Source: Phoronis australis (taxonomy: Eukaryota; Animalia; Phoronida). Taken from it: a stretch of 64,000 nucleotides of DNA. Position 1 is the first letter of the stretch; each line of letters opens with the position of its first letter. The translations under genes and the position numbers were made by a program. The notes under the pieces are model-generated. The model did no database searches and had not been told where the DNA came from. It saw only the letters and a list, made by a program, of their open reading frames with translations. Below, in pieces: positions 25,322-38,829 of the stretch. The DNA is taken from NCBI GenBank assembly GCA_002633005.1, contig NMRA01000045.1, forward strand, positions 1,047,552-1,111,551. Reading direction: 5' to 3'.

Positions 25322-25878
25322 GTTGCCATTGCAACCATTTTTTGGATTTCCAAAATTGTGCTACTAGTATTGGCATGCCAGCCTTTTAAAGTCTATGCTT
25401 TTAGCAATTGATTTACGCTGATCAATCGTATTTGAGGAGGCATGGTGGCCTAGTGGCTTGATTGTATGGTAACTGTTCAGAAGGTTGTGGGTTCGAATCC
25501 CACTGGAGCTCAATGCTAAACCCTCAGTTGGTTCAGGTCTCTAGCTCCTCAGCTCGGTGTTATTTTGGTGTATGTTAATGTGTTACTTGTGTTTATTAGG
25601 AATCCTATGTTTTGTCCAATGAGCCCGACTGAGCGGCCTCTGATGCAATGCGCGTCAGACCACTTGCACTGTTTTTGTATGCAGGGTTTGTAATATGTTA
25701 AAAAGGATGTATTCCAAGTTTGTGTACATGGGTTGTCCTGGCAACCATATTTGGATTATCAAAATGTTTATACTGTCTATGGTATATGAAGCAGGCAATT
25801 TAATTCTTCAAGATTTCGTGTGACGTGCGCAACTTAGTATACTGTTGTAATTCCAAAATACCTGGTTACCATGGCATA
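25322..25878 (+). repeat. ~135-bp tandem-unit repeat carrying X-box-like palindromes, interrupted by a SINE
   Basis: GTTGCCATTGCAAC (25322), GTTGTCCTGGCAAC (25732) and GTTACCATGGCATA (25865). The first two are followed by similar cat.tttggatt..caaaat sequence. Confidence 0.55.
25434..25705 (+). mobile_element. tRNA-derived SINE
   Basis: A box TGGCCTAGTGG (25446) and B box GGTTCGAATCC (25490); no acceptor stem; followed by an unrelated body. 3' end approximate. Confidence 0.7.
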
Positions 25879-27292
25879 GGTACACAATTAAGCTTGGAGT
25901 TTGTCAACTCTGCTACTTTTAGCAAAAGTCATTCAAATACTTTGGGCATGGTTGTTTACTTCTAATATGGCATTAAATCCAAAATTACTGATTTTGGCCG
26001 GCGGACTTTATAAAAAGTACGCGTATAAGACACCGCCTACCTCTGATTCGTTTCTGCGTCGACGTCGATGTATAAGTAGTGATTATATAATGTTCTGCAA
26101 ATTGGAACTCGTGGGATTTCGTCTCAGCGCTGCTGTTGTTTTTCAAATTCAGTGTGAGACGGTTGTCGACTCGTAAACATCTGGTGACATCTCAGATAAC
26201 AGTATGAAGCAAAAAAAAAAACACTTGTTACTTGAGTGCACCAGAATTGAAAGCACGGATGCACGTTTGCAGTTTTTGGTGCGAGTATGCCAAGGCAATC
26301 ATTACAGAAAGTTAAACAATGAAAGCGAGTCTCAAAATCTAGCAAATCCTTTGCGCAAAATTCCGAAGGCACGCGCCATTCAATCCCACTGAAAAACGCA
26401 AATTTGAAGTAATTATCACGTATTAAAGTTGTGTGGGCTAGTATCAAAACGAGACTAGAAGCCCCCAGTCTCGTCTAGGTCTTGTTTGGTTATATAAATG
26501 ACGTCGAGTAACTTAGCAACGAAGGCAGCCCATACCTACAAGGGCACATTATGGTTCTCTTCCACATGTACTTATATTTCTATGCTGATGTGCGCTGGGC
26601 AAATGTAACGTATTCATAATCTCACTGCATGCCCACACCTAGCCAAAAATGGAGTGGCTCGAATTTTTGAGAATGCGGAACTTTTACTAAGATTCACGGA
26701 GTACGCTCAGAGCTATGAATTGTGCATTCGCTGGATTTTGATAGTTCTTTCCCTTTTAGTGGTCTTTTGTCTCGTTTTCTACTTTTTTACTTTTTTCGAA
26801 GTCTTCGTATCTCTGAAGCGGACCTTTTTGCCCACTTCGTTAAATGAGGGGGGGGGGGCTTGTTCGAGTCCCCCGAACCTTCCCCTCCCCCCTGGGTGCG
26901 CCCACGCACTATTCGCGTATATTTTGCTGTTCTTATTCGTAGTAGGTGCGCACCAGTGAGCGACACTGATCAAGTTAGTCAATTTACGTGACTATATAAA
27001 TAAGAAAGTGAATATACACGCAGTCAGCAACAAGACGGCATTATGGGCTTGCGCGAAAAAAGACGCCTGCTTGCTGGAGATTGGAACGAGATCGCAAGTT
27101 ACCAAGCTCGTTAGATAAATGTTTGTTAATGTTCTTTATATCCGTGTGGTGTTAACGTATCATGTACCGTTTCATATAAAAATACAACATTGTGCAATGG
27201 ATTTCCCGCCAAATTCGTCCCTCGTCTTTTTAATAGAATTTCAAGGCACTAACACTATTTTTTCTCGAACGTAAAACCATACAGACGTATAC

Positions 27293-27376
27293 ATTGGTTA
27301 GTTGGCTGATTGGTTGATTGTTTGGTTGGTTGGTTGTTGGTTGGTTCGTTCGTTCGTTCGTTCCTCCGTTCGTTCG
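27293..27376. repeat. Compound (TTGG)n/(TTCG)n microsatellite
   Basis: Directly visible tetranucleotide runs. Confidence 0.9.
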
Positions 27377-27989
27377 TGTATGAACATGGTAAAAATCACA
27401 TGGAGTCCAATCAGACAATCTCAACATTAAGAAAGCAGTCGTGTTTGTTGGAATTATTAATGAAACAAAAAACGCTTTGTATCGGAGAACGACAGATTCC
27501 GTCTGACTTTGCTCACTGGTGAAACCTCATAAGCCTGTGATCTTGTGATTACCAAGGCGTCAGTGGCTTTCCACAGAGCCTCAAATCTTTGGCGGGGTCA
27601 CCGAAAGAGTTCAATATATTCCAAAATAGCGTTGTACCAGTTTGTATTATTTGTGTATGTACACGGGATCTGACGAATATTGCATGGAATGTGCGTGAAA
27701 ATTACCCGCGATGTCACCGGATATTTATGAACCACCATTTGTCCCACAATGCATTTGAAAAAGGGCAGATAATTGACAGCACTATAAAGTACACCTCTGA
27801 AACTGAATGCGGTGTTAAATTATAGGTGAGAAATGGTCAATTCTTTTGGTGCTTGTGTACACCAGGATTTCTCCCCACGATACCCACAGTCTTATGTGGA
27901 AAATCATGCAATCCCTGACGAACATTGAAACAGCAGAAACGCAAAGCGTTGAAATGCGCGACTCCATCGATATGCCTCTAGCGGTGTTC

Positions 27990-28260
27990 ATCGGTATCAT
28001 AAAAATGACTAGTAGGTGGCGCAGGAAATCAAACTCGTCCAAAAAATGGAACTCATTGTCATCTTAACACAAACATTTTTGCGAAATTTTATGAAAATCC
28101 GTCCAGGAACTTCGAAGATACAGAGACAAAGGTAAATAAATAAAATTGTCACTATGAGGCATAGTAGTAGCTCACAATGGTCGCTGCAAAAAAAAAACAA
28201 AAAAAAACGGCCACTGAGGGTGTCACAGCAGTCGATTCTGTACTTTTGGTGTCTTCCCAT
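27990..28260 (+). repeat. Fragment of the CTCF-motif-bearing repeat also found at 54.7-55.9 kb
   Basis: aatccgtccaggaacttcgaagatacagagacaaa matches 55061 and 55647; motifs ACTAGTAGGTGGCGC (28008) and GCCACTGAGGGTGTC (28210). Confidence 0.6.
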
Positions 28261-30261
28261 AATCTGTCATGACCACGATGTCAACGATAAATGAAACTAT
28301 ACTGAGTTAGCAAAAACTGTTCTATCAATATATTGAAAAAAACAAGAATACAAGAAAGCATGACAATCCTGTCACGTTGAAAACAGCTACGACCGCGGTT
28401 AATTCTAAATAAAAAAACGTAAAATTTCGTGGGTTTGTAATAATAGCACATACTTGAACATACGCCCAGAGAGATTTCATGGTATGCACCAACTACCTAT
28501 ATCCCACGAACTTCAACCTGCTCGAACGACTGTTTCGAATAGCTGATCACCTCACCATCACCGTGACGGATACACTATTGCTATTAAGTCAAGGACTGAA
28601 GCGGCTGTAATCCCCCTTTCAGTCCGAATACTTACTATGAAATTGGTCTCAACTTGTTCTTTACGGAGATGAAAAGTGGTTTTTGGTCTTACAAGGAACT
28701 GGCACTTCGCTATTCCTCAAGACCACGGTGTTTTGATGCGGATTTTATGCCGCTTTAATAAACCGTTTCATTCGTATTTCCTCTTATTTTTGAACTTGGC
28801 CATTTTCACTCGCAGAAGCAGTACTCAACTTCAACGTTCCGTAGTTATGTTTCGGCTTTTTACACTTGCGTTAGTTTGAGGCCTTATGCCAATCATCTGG
28901 CATAAACATCGATGTCGATGCAAAGGATTGTAAAAGTTGCAACCATACACGATGACCATAATAATGGTGATAGTAACCACGGCCATGACAAGGGCAAGAA
29001 TATTGATTATCGTAAAGACAATGGCAATTATAATGACAATGACACAAGCAATGATAAAAGAAATGCCGATAGCACTAATGATAGAGACTTTTCGTATTCG
29101 TGCTCTCTAGAGTAATGAGAGCACGAAAGTGAATTCCGGTTGATCCCGACTCAGATTTGGTGGACAGAATTCAATTACTGCACAGTGGTTCATTAATTTG
29201 AAAGCTCCCATTGTTTGGTTAGTTAAAGTTCACTAGTTTATTTTAAGTCTTTGACACTGGCTGGAATAGAAATTCTCACGCTTTATTAACTGCAGCCACT
29301 GACTTTGTGGGCGGGAAGTACTTCATGGCAGTGGGAAATGTATGGAACATGATGACCCTGTTCATCCATTGAGTATTTGAAAAGGCTTGCCTTTTTCGGA
29401 AGTACATCCCACCGCACAGCAGTGGAAATTTTCCAGTAGTACTTTTCCTGCTATCATAATACTGGAAAATCTCGTTTTGAAAAACCCGATGGCAATGTTA
29501 AATGGAATTATCATGACAGTGACAATGACAATAAGAGATGGTGAAGTGGCAGCAGCGATGGCCATAACAACAACAATATTCATGGTAATGACACGGACCA
29601 TGTCAGAGCAAAACAACATGACAGTGACAATGACAGTGATAGTAATAATAATAATGATGATGCCGACAAGGACAACGTCATTCTTATGGCAACAAATATA
29701 AAAAACACTTTTAGAAAGACAAAGACAATGACTTTGACATACATGTATATTGTTATCAGGGTGTTCCATCGAAACAGAAATCCCGGTGTAAAACAGATAT
29801 CTCGCAGTCGAAAACAAACTCCCACACCTTCAAAACAGCTAAGCATCCCGAAAAACTAGAGCTCTTGCCGAGATAACGTGTTGAAAGTATAGATTTTGTT
29901 GAAATTCGCTCACAGACAAGTTGCACGAGTTCTACTGATAAAAATCAAATAACAAATTCAACATAATATAAGTTACGTTTTATCATTAACAGGAAAATGC
30001 AGAAAAAAAACAACTGGAAAATACTTGAAGATGCTTGAAAGTACTTGAGGCTACTGACAACGGTCTCTGAAAATTTGAAAACTTTCCGAGTTTCCTGTCT
30101 GATCCCCAGGTTTCTGTTTTAAAGGTCACGGTTCATGTTTTTTGGGCTGCTTAGCTGTTTTGAAGGTGCAGAAGTCTGTTTTCGACTTGTGGATATATGG
30201 TTACAGTAACCATGGCAGAGATAATGGTAGTGATCATGTTAAGGCTATTGTCTCGTTACAG

Positions 30262-30985
30262 ATGACCAAATCCAGCAGCGCCGTCTACCCGATAACTGAA
30301 GGCAATTTCAACAAAAGTGCCCTGACGGTTTCCAGCTCCATAGCCGGCAGTCGTATTTCTATGAAGTCTTCGGACAGGGCACTATTTACGAAGTCTGGAA
30401 AGCGGAAGCAAATGGCAAAGATTCTAGTAGCCACCGCAATACCTATAGTTGTATTACTCGTGCAAACTTCAATAGCAATGAACTCAGTTCGACAGATAAA
30501 CGTTGTCTTGCATAAGCATTACGAAGAAATGGAGAACAATAATCTGTTAGGACGTGTCATAAACGCCTTACAAGACGAGAGATTCGAAATAGTCCTTTTT
30601 CTATCTTCGAGTTCAAAACGTAGCTCAGCTTGGACAGAAAGGCTGAATGATGTATTTAACGAAACTGACATGGCAATCCGTAATTTGTCATGGAGATTCG
30701 TTATTAGCCATTGTGGGATTCAAGAGCGGTGCCTCTCGACCGAAAACTTCATTGGGTACCTTGATCGTCATCGTCAGAAACTTACAAAGTTGTTCAACGA
30801 AAGCTACCTAGCAGAGATTGCATTCTATGAGGAAATCATTCTAGGGATGGCAGAATGGGTTCAACAAGAGCAGAAGTCATATTACGGTACCGAATGGCAA
30901 GAATTGGTTGCTTACCATATACTCATTCTTTACAAAGAACAAGTCGATGTGGAGAAAGATTTGGGCTTAGCCTTCTTCGAAAACG
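30262..30985 (+). CDS. NIT-domain receptor guanylyl cyclase, coding exon 1 (N-terminus, TM1, NIT domain)
   Basis: Acceptor tctcgttacag immediately before the ATG; TM ILVATAIPIVVLLVQTSIAM; NIT motifs VINALQDER and ELVAYH.LIL.KEQ...EK.LG; donor AACG|gtgagg, 724 nt, phase 1. Confidence 0.88.
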
Positions 30986-31358
30986 GTGAGGGTTCCTAAC
31001 CTCAGTTGCAATTCTTGTTTTGTGAAAATTTTTGTCAGTAATTTCGGATCCTCCGTGTGTATTTTCGTAAGAGAGAACTAATTAGATTTTGCTTCATTTA
31101 TACTGGTAGTGTGATGTTGTTCAAAATGTTTGGAGTGCTATGTAGATAAGTGGGTAAAAAAGAACCAATGTACATCCGACTATCAATGCAGTTACGGCAT
31201 CAATAGGCAACAGACGTAGAAACCACTTTGTGCAAAATTTGAATTTTTGGCGGTAAATTCCATTAAAAGTAACGTCTCAGTGCTAAAAGTCAAAATTTAA
31301 CAACATTGGGATATTTATTTTGGTTAAATCCTCTACAAACTGATTGTTAAGTAAGGCA

Positions 31359-31416
31359 AGGAAATACCAGACCCTTGTCTTTACTCGAGGAAATACCAGA
31401 CCCTTGTCTTTACTCG
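31359..31416 (+). repeat. Perfect 29-bp tandem duplication
   Basis: aggaaataccagacccttgtctttactcg occurs twice. Confidence 0.95.
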
Positions 31417-31569
31417 TTTGAAATGGGAAATAAGAATAAAAAAGAGCTTCTAACCCGAAACCGCTCCAATAAGAGTAAGTTCCGAAATTATGAAAAGAAC
31501 TGCGTATTTTACCATGTTTTTAACAAAAGCAGTCCCATTTGTGGTTATAGGGTCATTCTCCTAGTGCGT

Positions 31570-32340
31570 CTTAATGTGGGATGAAATGGCTGTGTTGATG
31601 AGATGGCGTCACAGCCCCCTGACTTCTTAAAAACGTAGACTAACTATTCATCTCTTTGTGATGGTGACTGTGGACACGTATTCAGACAAGCACGACTCAG
31701 GAGGCATCTTTTGAGAAGGAGCCATCGAATGTTTCAACGCTATGTTTAAAGTTCTTATTTATTCCCTTAAAAGAGCGGCTGTCTTTTGTTGAACTTTAGG
31801 TAACTGAACACTTAGTGCCCTATTCGGATTAGAAATTATTTCCCACTGCAACGTATAAGAACACGATGAGGGTGCTTTTGCTTTTCGGGCAGAAAAATCG
31901 CATCCCCATCTACTGACTCTGAAGGATTGGATCGACTGAGGATAGATTCATTAGGAGAAAACAATGATGGCTTACAGGCGGGAAGCGACCGAGGCGAAGA
32001 GAAATCAATTGTTTACTAATCATTTTACCATCTTCTGTCGCTTTACTTCGCATCTCTCAAGCGACATTTTGCCCAATTCCAAAAAAATCAGAAATAACAC
32101 TGTACGGATTAACTGTTGAACCTCCCTAGCACATAGTATTCTCTACGACTTGTTTTGGTTCGTCGAGATAACCAGCTGGGATTTGGCTGCGACATGTTCG
32201 TTCAACTCCCGAAGCGTTTGAATACCTATGCAACGAGTGTGAAATTGCTCGAGACTAGACCTCTGTGATCTTGGGCAGAACTCCTTTGGACGATGATATG
32301 CGTCAAAGCTCAGAACAATTTATTTGTCAGCTGTGAAATC
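31570..32340 (+). mobile_element. Degenerate Academ-like transposase fragment, tentative
   Basis: VDEMA, VDTY, GCD and LGRTPLDDDMRQSSEQFICQL resemble the IDGMA, VFD.Y, TGCD and LG...E.F.C.LY motifs in that order. Confidence 0.4.
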
Positions 32341-33774
32341 AAGCGCTGGCTTATTAATTATGACTTTGTAGTACACCCATTCTAGGCTTCATGGGTTTGA
32401 TCTAAACTCTTAAACCAAATTCCAAAAGAACTTGTTTCGCAGAAATGGCATTTCCCTCATCCTTCAGTGTAAAGAAGTTAACAAAAATGGGACTTGTGGA
32501 AGTTGGTTTTTCCAGATGGCGAACAAAATTGCGCCCAAGGACAGAGATTTTTGTTGTTTGGCGTGTTACTCTTAAGCAACTGCGGGAAATAGATTAATGA
32601 AACATATTCTTGACTAAATACCTCAAACAAGAAGAATGCCAACCCCTGAAAAACCAACATGGCCTATAAAATGGCTGTCGATAAGGCAATTTAGTACAAG
32701 TTACTCAATTGTTTTTAAATTTTGCATTGATAGAGGTAATATCTATAACTTTCGTCAGTTAGATAATTGAAAATAACTGGAGGTTTTAATTGGCATTTGG
32801 CAGGACAAGGAAATCCGAGGGCACAATGGTTTACAAAGTTGCAGCCATATCACAAGACACTAACCTACCCTTTGTGCACGAGTTTAGTAAAATTTGTAGC
32901 TTTATAAACTTTGGGTCAGATTCACCATACGCATATTACAAACTACAATAAAATTGATGTGTGTAATTTTCAAAGTACGTTTGGCTTAGTTATATTAACA
33001 AATTTCGGATATAATTTATATTTAATAAAATACATACATGCAGTTAAAAGATTTTAGAACACCATTTGGCAGAAACATAATTGCGCTGAATTAATGGCGT
33101 GGTGTTATATTCGTCAACCCTGAATCAGATTGGGCCGAAATTGCCTTTGCTGACCTGGTGACAGTACACTTTTAAGGTCATCAAAATCTCCAAGATTAAA
33201 AGCTTGGGGAATGTCAGAACGAATGAGTTTTGTTGGGTGTATTGGGTACATCATGACAGGCGCCCACCTTCAAGAAACTGTTAATACAGAGATGATTTCC
33301 GTCATGGAGAGAACTTACCGTTTGTTGTTGCTTTAGGTTAGTCTTTAGAACTTGGCTTGTCACGGTGTGTCATTTTATGGGGAAAACGTGGTCTCCCGAC
33401 CACTAAAAATCTTTGAATTCTCCAAGCCTAGAAACCACTTCTCCTCTGGGCATGGAGTCTTACCTATGTACTCGAAATCCAACTGTTTTTGTCATCTCTA
33501 TTCTATTGTTGTACGAGTTAGAGAAAAATGTTTAATCGAATGTTTATTGATGACGTAATATAATAATATATAACAATAATGAACAACGAAGAATTTGTTG
33601 CAATCAAGTAATAAGACACAAAAAGTCCACGAATCACGTCTAATCGTAGAGTCAACTGCGAAGTTGGTGCTGCGTAGAGGTGTGTCGTCAGCTGTGACGC
33701 TCAAGTATCATCTTCTAACAAAACTTTGCCACTTATGTATGTCAGTTGGTAATACTTTTGTCTTTATGAATCAG

Positions 33775-34482
33775 GTGGTCTTTCACTCGAAGAAATTGGA
33801 TTATTCTCCGAAAAAAGAGGAGAGTCGAATGGCTTAAAATTAAGAGCTAAAGAGTACTCTGCTACTGCAGAGAAAATGTTCCAAAATATGTTCCGTAACA
33901 CGACACTGGAAAACAAAATCGAGGACACGATTCAGTTGATTTCGGCAAATATTACCAGCGTGGCCACAGCTTCGAACCGTCAGCAGTGGGTTTCAGACAT
34001 AACTAAATACTTGGACATCGTTGAGAAGATTCAAGAGTCGGTCGCCAATGAAATCATTAAATTGGTGAAGATAAACCTTAGTGGCGGGACAAGAGACCTC
34101 GTCACCCAAAGTGCAATCATAGTCCTTATAATGTGCCTTAGTCCAGTGATTATCGTTGTTGTGCGTAATTTGACCCATGACTTGCAAGTGTTTGCGGTCT
34201 GTCTGAAGGAGAAGGCTGAGATTGTTAAGAAAGAAAAGCGACGCACAGAATACCTCTTACATCAAATTCTTCCCAAGTCTGTGGCGGAAAAATTGAAGAA
34301 TAAAGAGCCTGTTCTACCTGAGTATTACGACTCTGTGACTGTGTTCTTCTCTGACGTTGTCGGGTTCACTCGAATCTGCTCGGAAAGTTCCCCTCTGCAA
34401 GTGGTGGAAATGTTGAATACACTTTACCAGACGTTGGATTCCAGGATTGAAATTTACGACGTCTACAAGGTGGAAACAATAG
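33775..34482 (+). CDS. NIT-domain receptor guanylyl cyclase, coding exon 2 (end of NIT, TM2, signalling helix, start of cyclase)
   Basis: Acceptor aatcag|GT is in frame with ORF 33876. [20 protein letters not shown]; [22 protein letters not shown]; [12 protein letters not shown]; VVEMLNTLY; DVYKVETIG; donor ATAG|gtttgt. Confidence 0.95.
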
Positions 34483-35399
34483 GTTTGTGTTGCAGTTAAT
34501 GTTCATGTTTTTCACATTTTTGCCGAGACAAAGCAGATTTGCTTGCCTTGCTGAAATAAACTCACCCGTCTTTTGCATATTCAGGGTTGTTGCATGTTTA
34601 TTAGCATCTCTAAGACTGCACTGCGATCTTGGTCGGTGCTTCGGATATGTACTCAGGTCTGAAATGCTGATGTCTGTCAGAACGACTGGACACTTGTTTG
34701 GAAATACCTGGCATGATACGAAGTTGTGGATTGTTTATTGTACTCTGATGCCATAGACATTGATATTTTCTACGCAAACATGCAATACCACTGTTTAAGG
34801 ATACGATCCCACAACTTCCACTAATGTAGACAATAGTTTGAGTGTATATATAGCAAAATATTTGCAACACTCTAGAATTTAACTCGGCAAAAATATAGAA
34901 TTTCTGAAAATAGAAAATTTGTTGGTGGACAATCAGGAGTAAAAAATTAAAGTAAAAGTTACATAATTCATTTTCAAAATTTTCAGGTTGAAGGAGCATC
35001 ATACTCAAGTTCACTATGAAGCTTTGCTCATGCTGGGAAGCATTCCGCACACGCAAGACAGTTGCCTGTCACTGTAGTGGTCTTGCACGATCTTGCGTTT
35101 GTGGAACGTACCCGCGTTTAGCGTGAAAATTCGTTTATTAGGGTTTAAACTATACGGTATCATTAACGCGCCTAGTTGAGACGCCCGTTTCAATACTAAG
35201 TGCAATTGAGTCAGAACCGAGTTGCCGAGACAAATTACTTAATTCTCAACTGAAGTCGACGACGTACCTCTAATACATCCAGTTATTCACGATTCACAAT
35301 TTTCAATAAAACCAAACTCTTACCAATTAAAAAATATCCTGTGGAGTTTCAATGCATACGACGTTACAAAATGTGATAGGCAAATTGATTGATTACTAT

Positions 35400-35549
35400 A
35401 ACAGTAAAGTAACATCAGTAATAATAACAGTAGCCTGGGGGTATTTGTAGCAATAGCAGTATTTAGTATAATAGCACACAGTAGCACAAGTAAAAGTAAT
35501 GCAGTAGCAACAGCATCAGTAGCAGTAGTAGCAGTAGTAGTAGTAGTAA

Positions 35550-35624
<75 letters not shown>

Positions 35625-36790
35625 CAATAGTAGCAGTAGTAGCAGTAGTAGCAGCAGTAGTAGCACCAGCAGTAGCAGTAGTAGCAGTAGTAGNNNNNNN
35701 NNNNNNNNNNNNNNNNNNNNNNNNNNNNNNNNNNNNNNNNNNNNNNNNNNNNNNNNNNNNNNNNNNNNNNNNNNNNNNNNNNNNNNNNNNNNNNNNNNNN
35801 NNNNNNNNNNNNNNNNNNNNNNNNNNNNNNNNNNNNNNNNNNNNNNNNNNNNNNNNNNNNNNNNNNNNNNNNNNNNNNNNNNNNNNNNNNNNNNNNNNNN
35901 NNNNNNNNNNNNNNNNNNNNNNNNNNNNNNNNNNNNNNNNNNNNNNNNNNNNNNNNNNNNNNNNNNNNNNNNNNNNNNNNNNNNNNNNNNNNNNNNNNNN
36001 NNNNNNNNNNNNNNNNNNNNNNNNNNNNNNNNNNNNNNNNNNNNNNNNNNNNNNNNNNNNNNNNNNNNNNNNNNNNNNNNNNNNNNNNNNNNNNNNNNNN
36101 NNNNNNNNNNNNNNNNNNNNNNNNNNNNNNNNNNNNNNNNNNNNNNNNNNNNNNNNNNNNNNNNNNNNNNNNNNNNNNNNNNNNNNNNNNNNNNNNNNNN
36201 NNNNNNNNNNNNNNNNNNNNNNNNNNNNNNNNNNNNNNNNNNNNNNNNNNNNNNNNNNNNNNNNNNNNNNNNNNNNNNNNNNNNNNNNNNNNNNNNNNNN
36301 NNNNNNNNNNNNNNNNNNNNNNNNNNNNNNNNNNNNNNNNNNNNNNNNNNNNNNNNNNNNNNNNNNNNNNNNNNNNNNNNNNNNNNNNNNNNNNNNNNNN
36401 NNNNNNNNNNNNNNNNNNNNNNNNNNNNNNNNNNNNNNNNNNNNNNNNNNAGTAGTAGTAGTAGTAGTAATAGTAGTAGTAGTAATAGTAGTAGTAGTAG
36501 TAGTAGTAGTAGCAGCAGTAGTAGTAGTAGTAGTAATAATAGTAGTAGTAGTAGTAGCAGTAGTAGTAGTAGTAGTAATAGTAGTAGTAGTAGTACTAGT
36601 AGTAGTAATAATAGTAGTAGTAGTAGTAGCAGTAGCAGTAGTAGTAGCATCAGCAGTAGTAGTAGTAACAATAGCAATAGTATGCCTAGTAATAGTAGTA
36701 GCAATAGCAATAGTATGCCAAGTAATAGTAGTACAGGTACAAGTAGTAAAAGTAGCTTAGCAGTAATGTAGTGGTGGGTAGTGGTGGGTA
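35400..36790. repeat. (AGT/AGC)n and (ATT)n microsatellite spanning an assembly gap (N 35694-36450)
   Basis: Directly visible; explains the poly-Leu ORF. Confidence 0.97.
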
Positions 36791-37677
36791 GTGGTGGTTG
36801 TTAAGTACTGATGGTGGTAGTTGCGTTTTCATGGTTATGAAACAGCAAAGTTGCACAGAAGGACTATTGACAAAAACGTTGGGATTCATCATGGTAATGT
36901 TTAAGAACAACTAACTAGACGCTAATTGACATGAACTCGTCTGAACAGGTGTGAAATTATAGCACAAATTACTAATGCTTCGACTCTGACAGTGAATTAA
37001 AGCTTACATCATATTATGACTAATTAAACTGACTGCCATACAATTACCAAAGGTAGGATGAGGCTTCTCTCGCAATGTAAATGCATGACCGCCAATATTT
37101 CAAGATTTGCAGTGGCAATAGCGCAGCTAAATCTTTAGGCGAAATATTGAATCTCAAAGTGTGAGAGAAACATGACTCATCATCAAACAAGTTAAGTAAG
37201 GCTGTCCTCAAATGATTCGCTACAGGCCAAACCAGTTACATTGGTAACTCATTCATGTTGTCGTTTGTGAGCCATGTGTTTTGGAGAGGGTGCTGGAGGA
37301 CTCGGCTTTAAAACCATTACGTGTTGCAACAGTACTATTTCCGGGTCCATTTTGGCGCTTCAAAAACGAATTGTAAATATCTGTAATGCAGTAAAGACAA
37401 ATTCAACCAACGGTAACACAAAAAAATCTGTAACAATATTTCAACGAAGCCAGGCAAGGTTGTCTTTAAACATGAGCCAATCAAACCCAGAGAAGATATC
37501 CACGCTCAGCATGATGCTGTCCCCACTTCCACAGCAGAAAACTATGTAAATTAAGTTGACATGTGAGAGAGATCAAAGAAACCAGGGCGACTACGTCCAC
37601 TGGGTGGATTTTCAAAGTTGCTATATTCGCCTGATGTACTGGCAGGTGATAAAAATTTCGAGCATATGTCGTTTCAG

Positions 37678-37836
37678 GGGATGCCTATATGGTAGCCTCA
37701 GGTGTACCGCTAAAAACTACCTGCCATTGTGAGGAAATCGCCACAATGGCCGTCGACTTGCTGGCAAGCATCCAGAACTTGTCGGTTCCTCATCGCCCGG
37801 ACGAAATCTTGCAACTCAGAATAGGCCTTCATACTG
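37678..37836 (+). CDS. NIT-domain receptor guanylyl cyclase, coding exon 3
   Basis: gtttcag|GG GAT GCC TAT ATG; (G)DAYMVASGVP...EIATMAVDLL...LQLRIGLHT(G); donor ACTG|gtaggt; phase 1-1. Confidence 0.96.
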
Positions 37837-38829
37837 GTAGGTTTAATGCGCTTGACAAACTCGTTGAACTGTTTTCAAATCACCACTCGTGTAGGGTTCC
37901 ACGACAGAACAAGGCTTTATTGGATGCGCCGTTGTGGGACAAGCGAGCTTGGAAATTAGCCTGAAACCGATGACATCATCATAACAAGGCTTGAGGTGTG
38001 AAACGCACTGCCTGTGATGCCATCTTAGGGACTTCAGGGGTACAATACAATTTGGGCACGCTGTTATCATCGATACGAGTAGGTTGGTACATCAAAAGAG
38101 TGAAAAATGAACTTGAGTGAACGTCGTGATTCGTTAGGCAGCTCTTATCATAACGCCACCAAATTAAAGTATGTGGGTTGAAATTGCATGTAAAAGAATT
38201 AAGGTTTGCTCAGGAACTTTTATTAGCTACCTTTCGTAGCACTGTGAAAGAATGCAGAAGTTAACTCGTTTTTGACATAGGTGAGCACACAAAGTACGCT
38301 TCCCCCACGTGCTACGACTTCACAAAACTAAGCGAGGAGGTGTGAAATACAATTTCAAGAATAAACTTGGTTTTGGAATTCTAAGTGTGGATTTGTTTCC
38401 ATTTGAATGAAATTAGAATCGTGTTTGCTTGAGAAGACAGGAAAATATCATTTCATATGTGCCAGTTATTCGCGCTGCATTGTCTCCACAGCCTTTGTCG
38501 GTTCTCGAATCGAAACCAGACGATCTTCAATTTGGCATTGTTTAGGAACATTGGATTGTGAAAAATCATCAGCGAAATTTTGTTTTCAACAGTTTACAGT
38601 GATAGTAATCTTAAATGTTGGTCATTTAGACCAAAAGTCCAATCTTAAGCCTACTCCGTAGCATGCTAAATTTCGATCTTATCTTAGAGAGATTTCGATC
38701 TTAATTTTGGTTCTAAGAAATTTTATGAAACGGCTAAGACATTTTGGTCTTAAGCTATTACGATTTTGGTCCACGTTAACTCAAACAAATTTTTATGAAG
38801 CGTGTCCTTGGACTTCTTAAATTTTCGTT

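Noticed and set aside
25434-25510. Possible tRNA gene
   Set aside because: A and B boxes are present but there is no acceptor or anticodon stem and no immediate poly-T terminator; treated as a SINE head.
28912-29846. Asn/Asp-rich and hydrophobic ORFs (28912, 29362, 29387, 29580)
   Set aside because: Degenerate trinucleotide (AAT/GAT/GAC) low-complexity tracts with no domain or splice support.
30142-30261. N-terminal extension of the 285-aa ORF
   Set aside because: Starts at a TTG and lies upstream of a good splice acceptor at 30260-30261; most likely intronic. The ORF tails past the donors at 30985, 34482 and 37836 are likewise intronic.
35463-36710. 415-aa poly-Leu ORF
   Set aside because: Translation of a trinucleotide microsatellite across an N gap.
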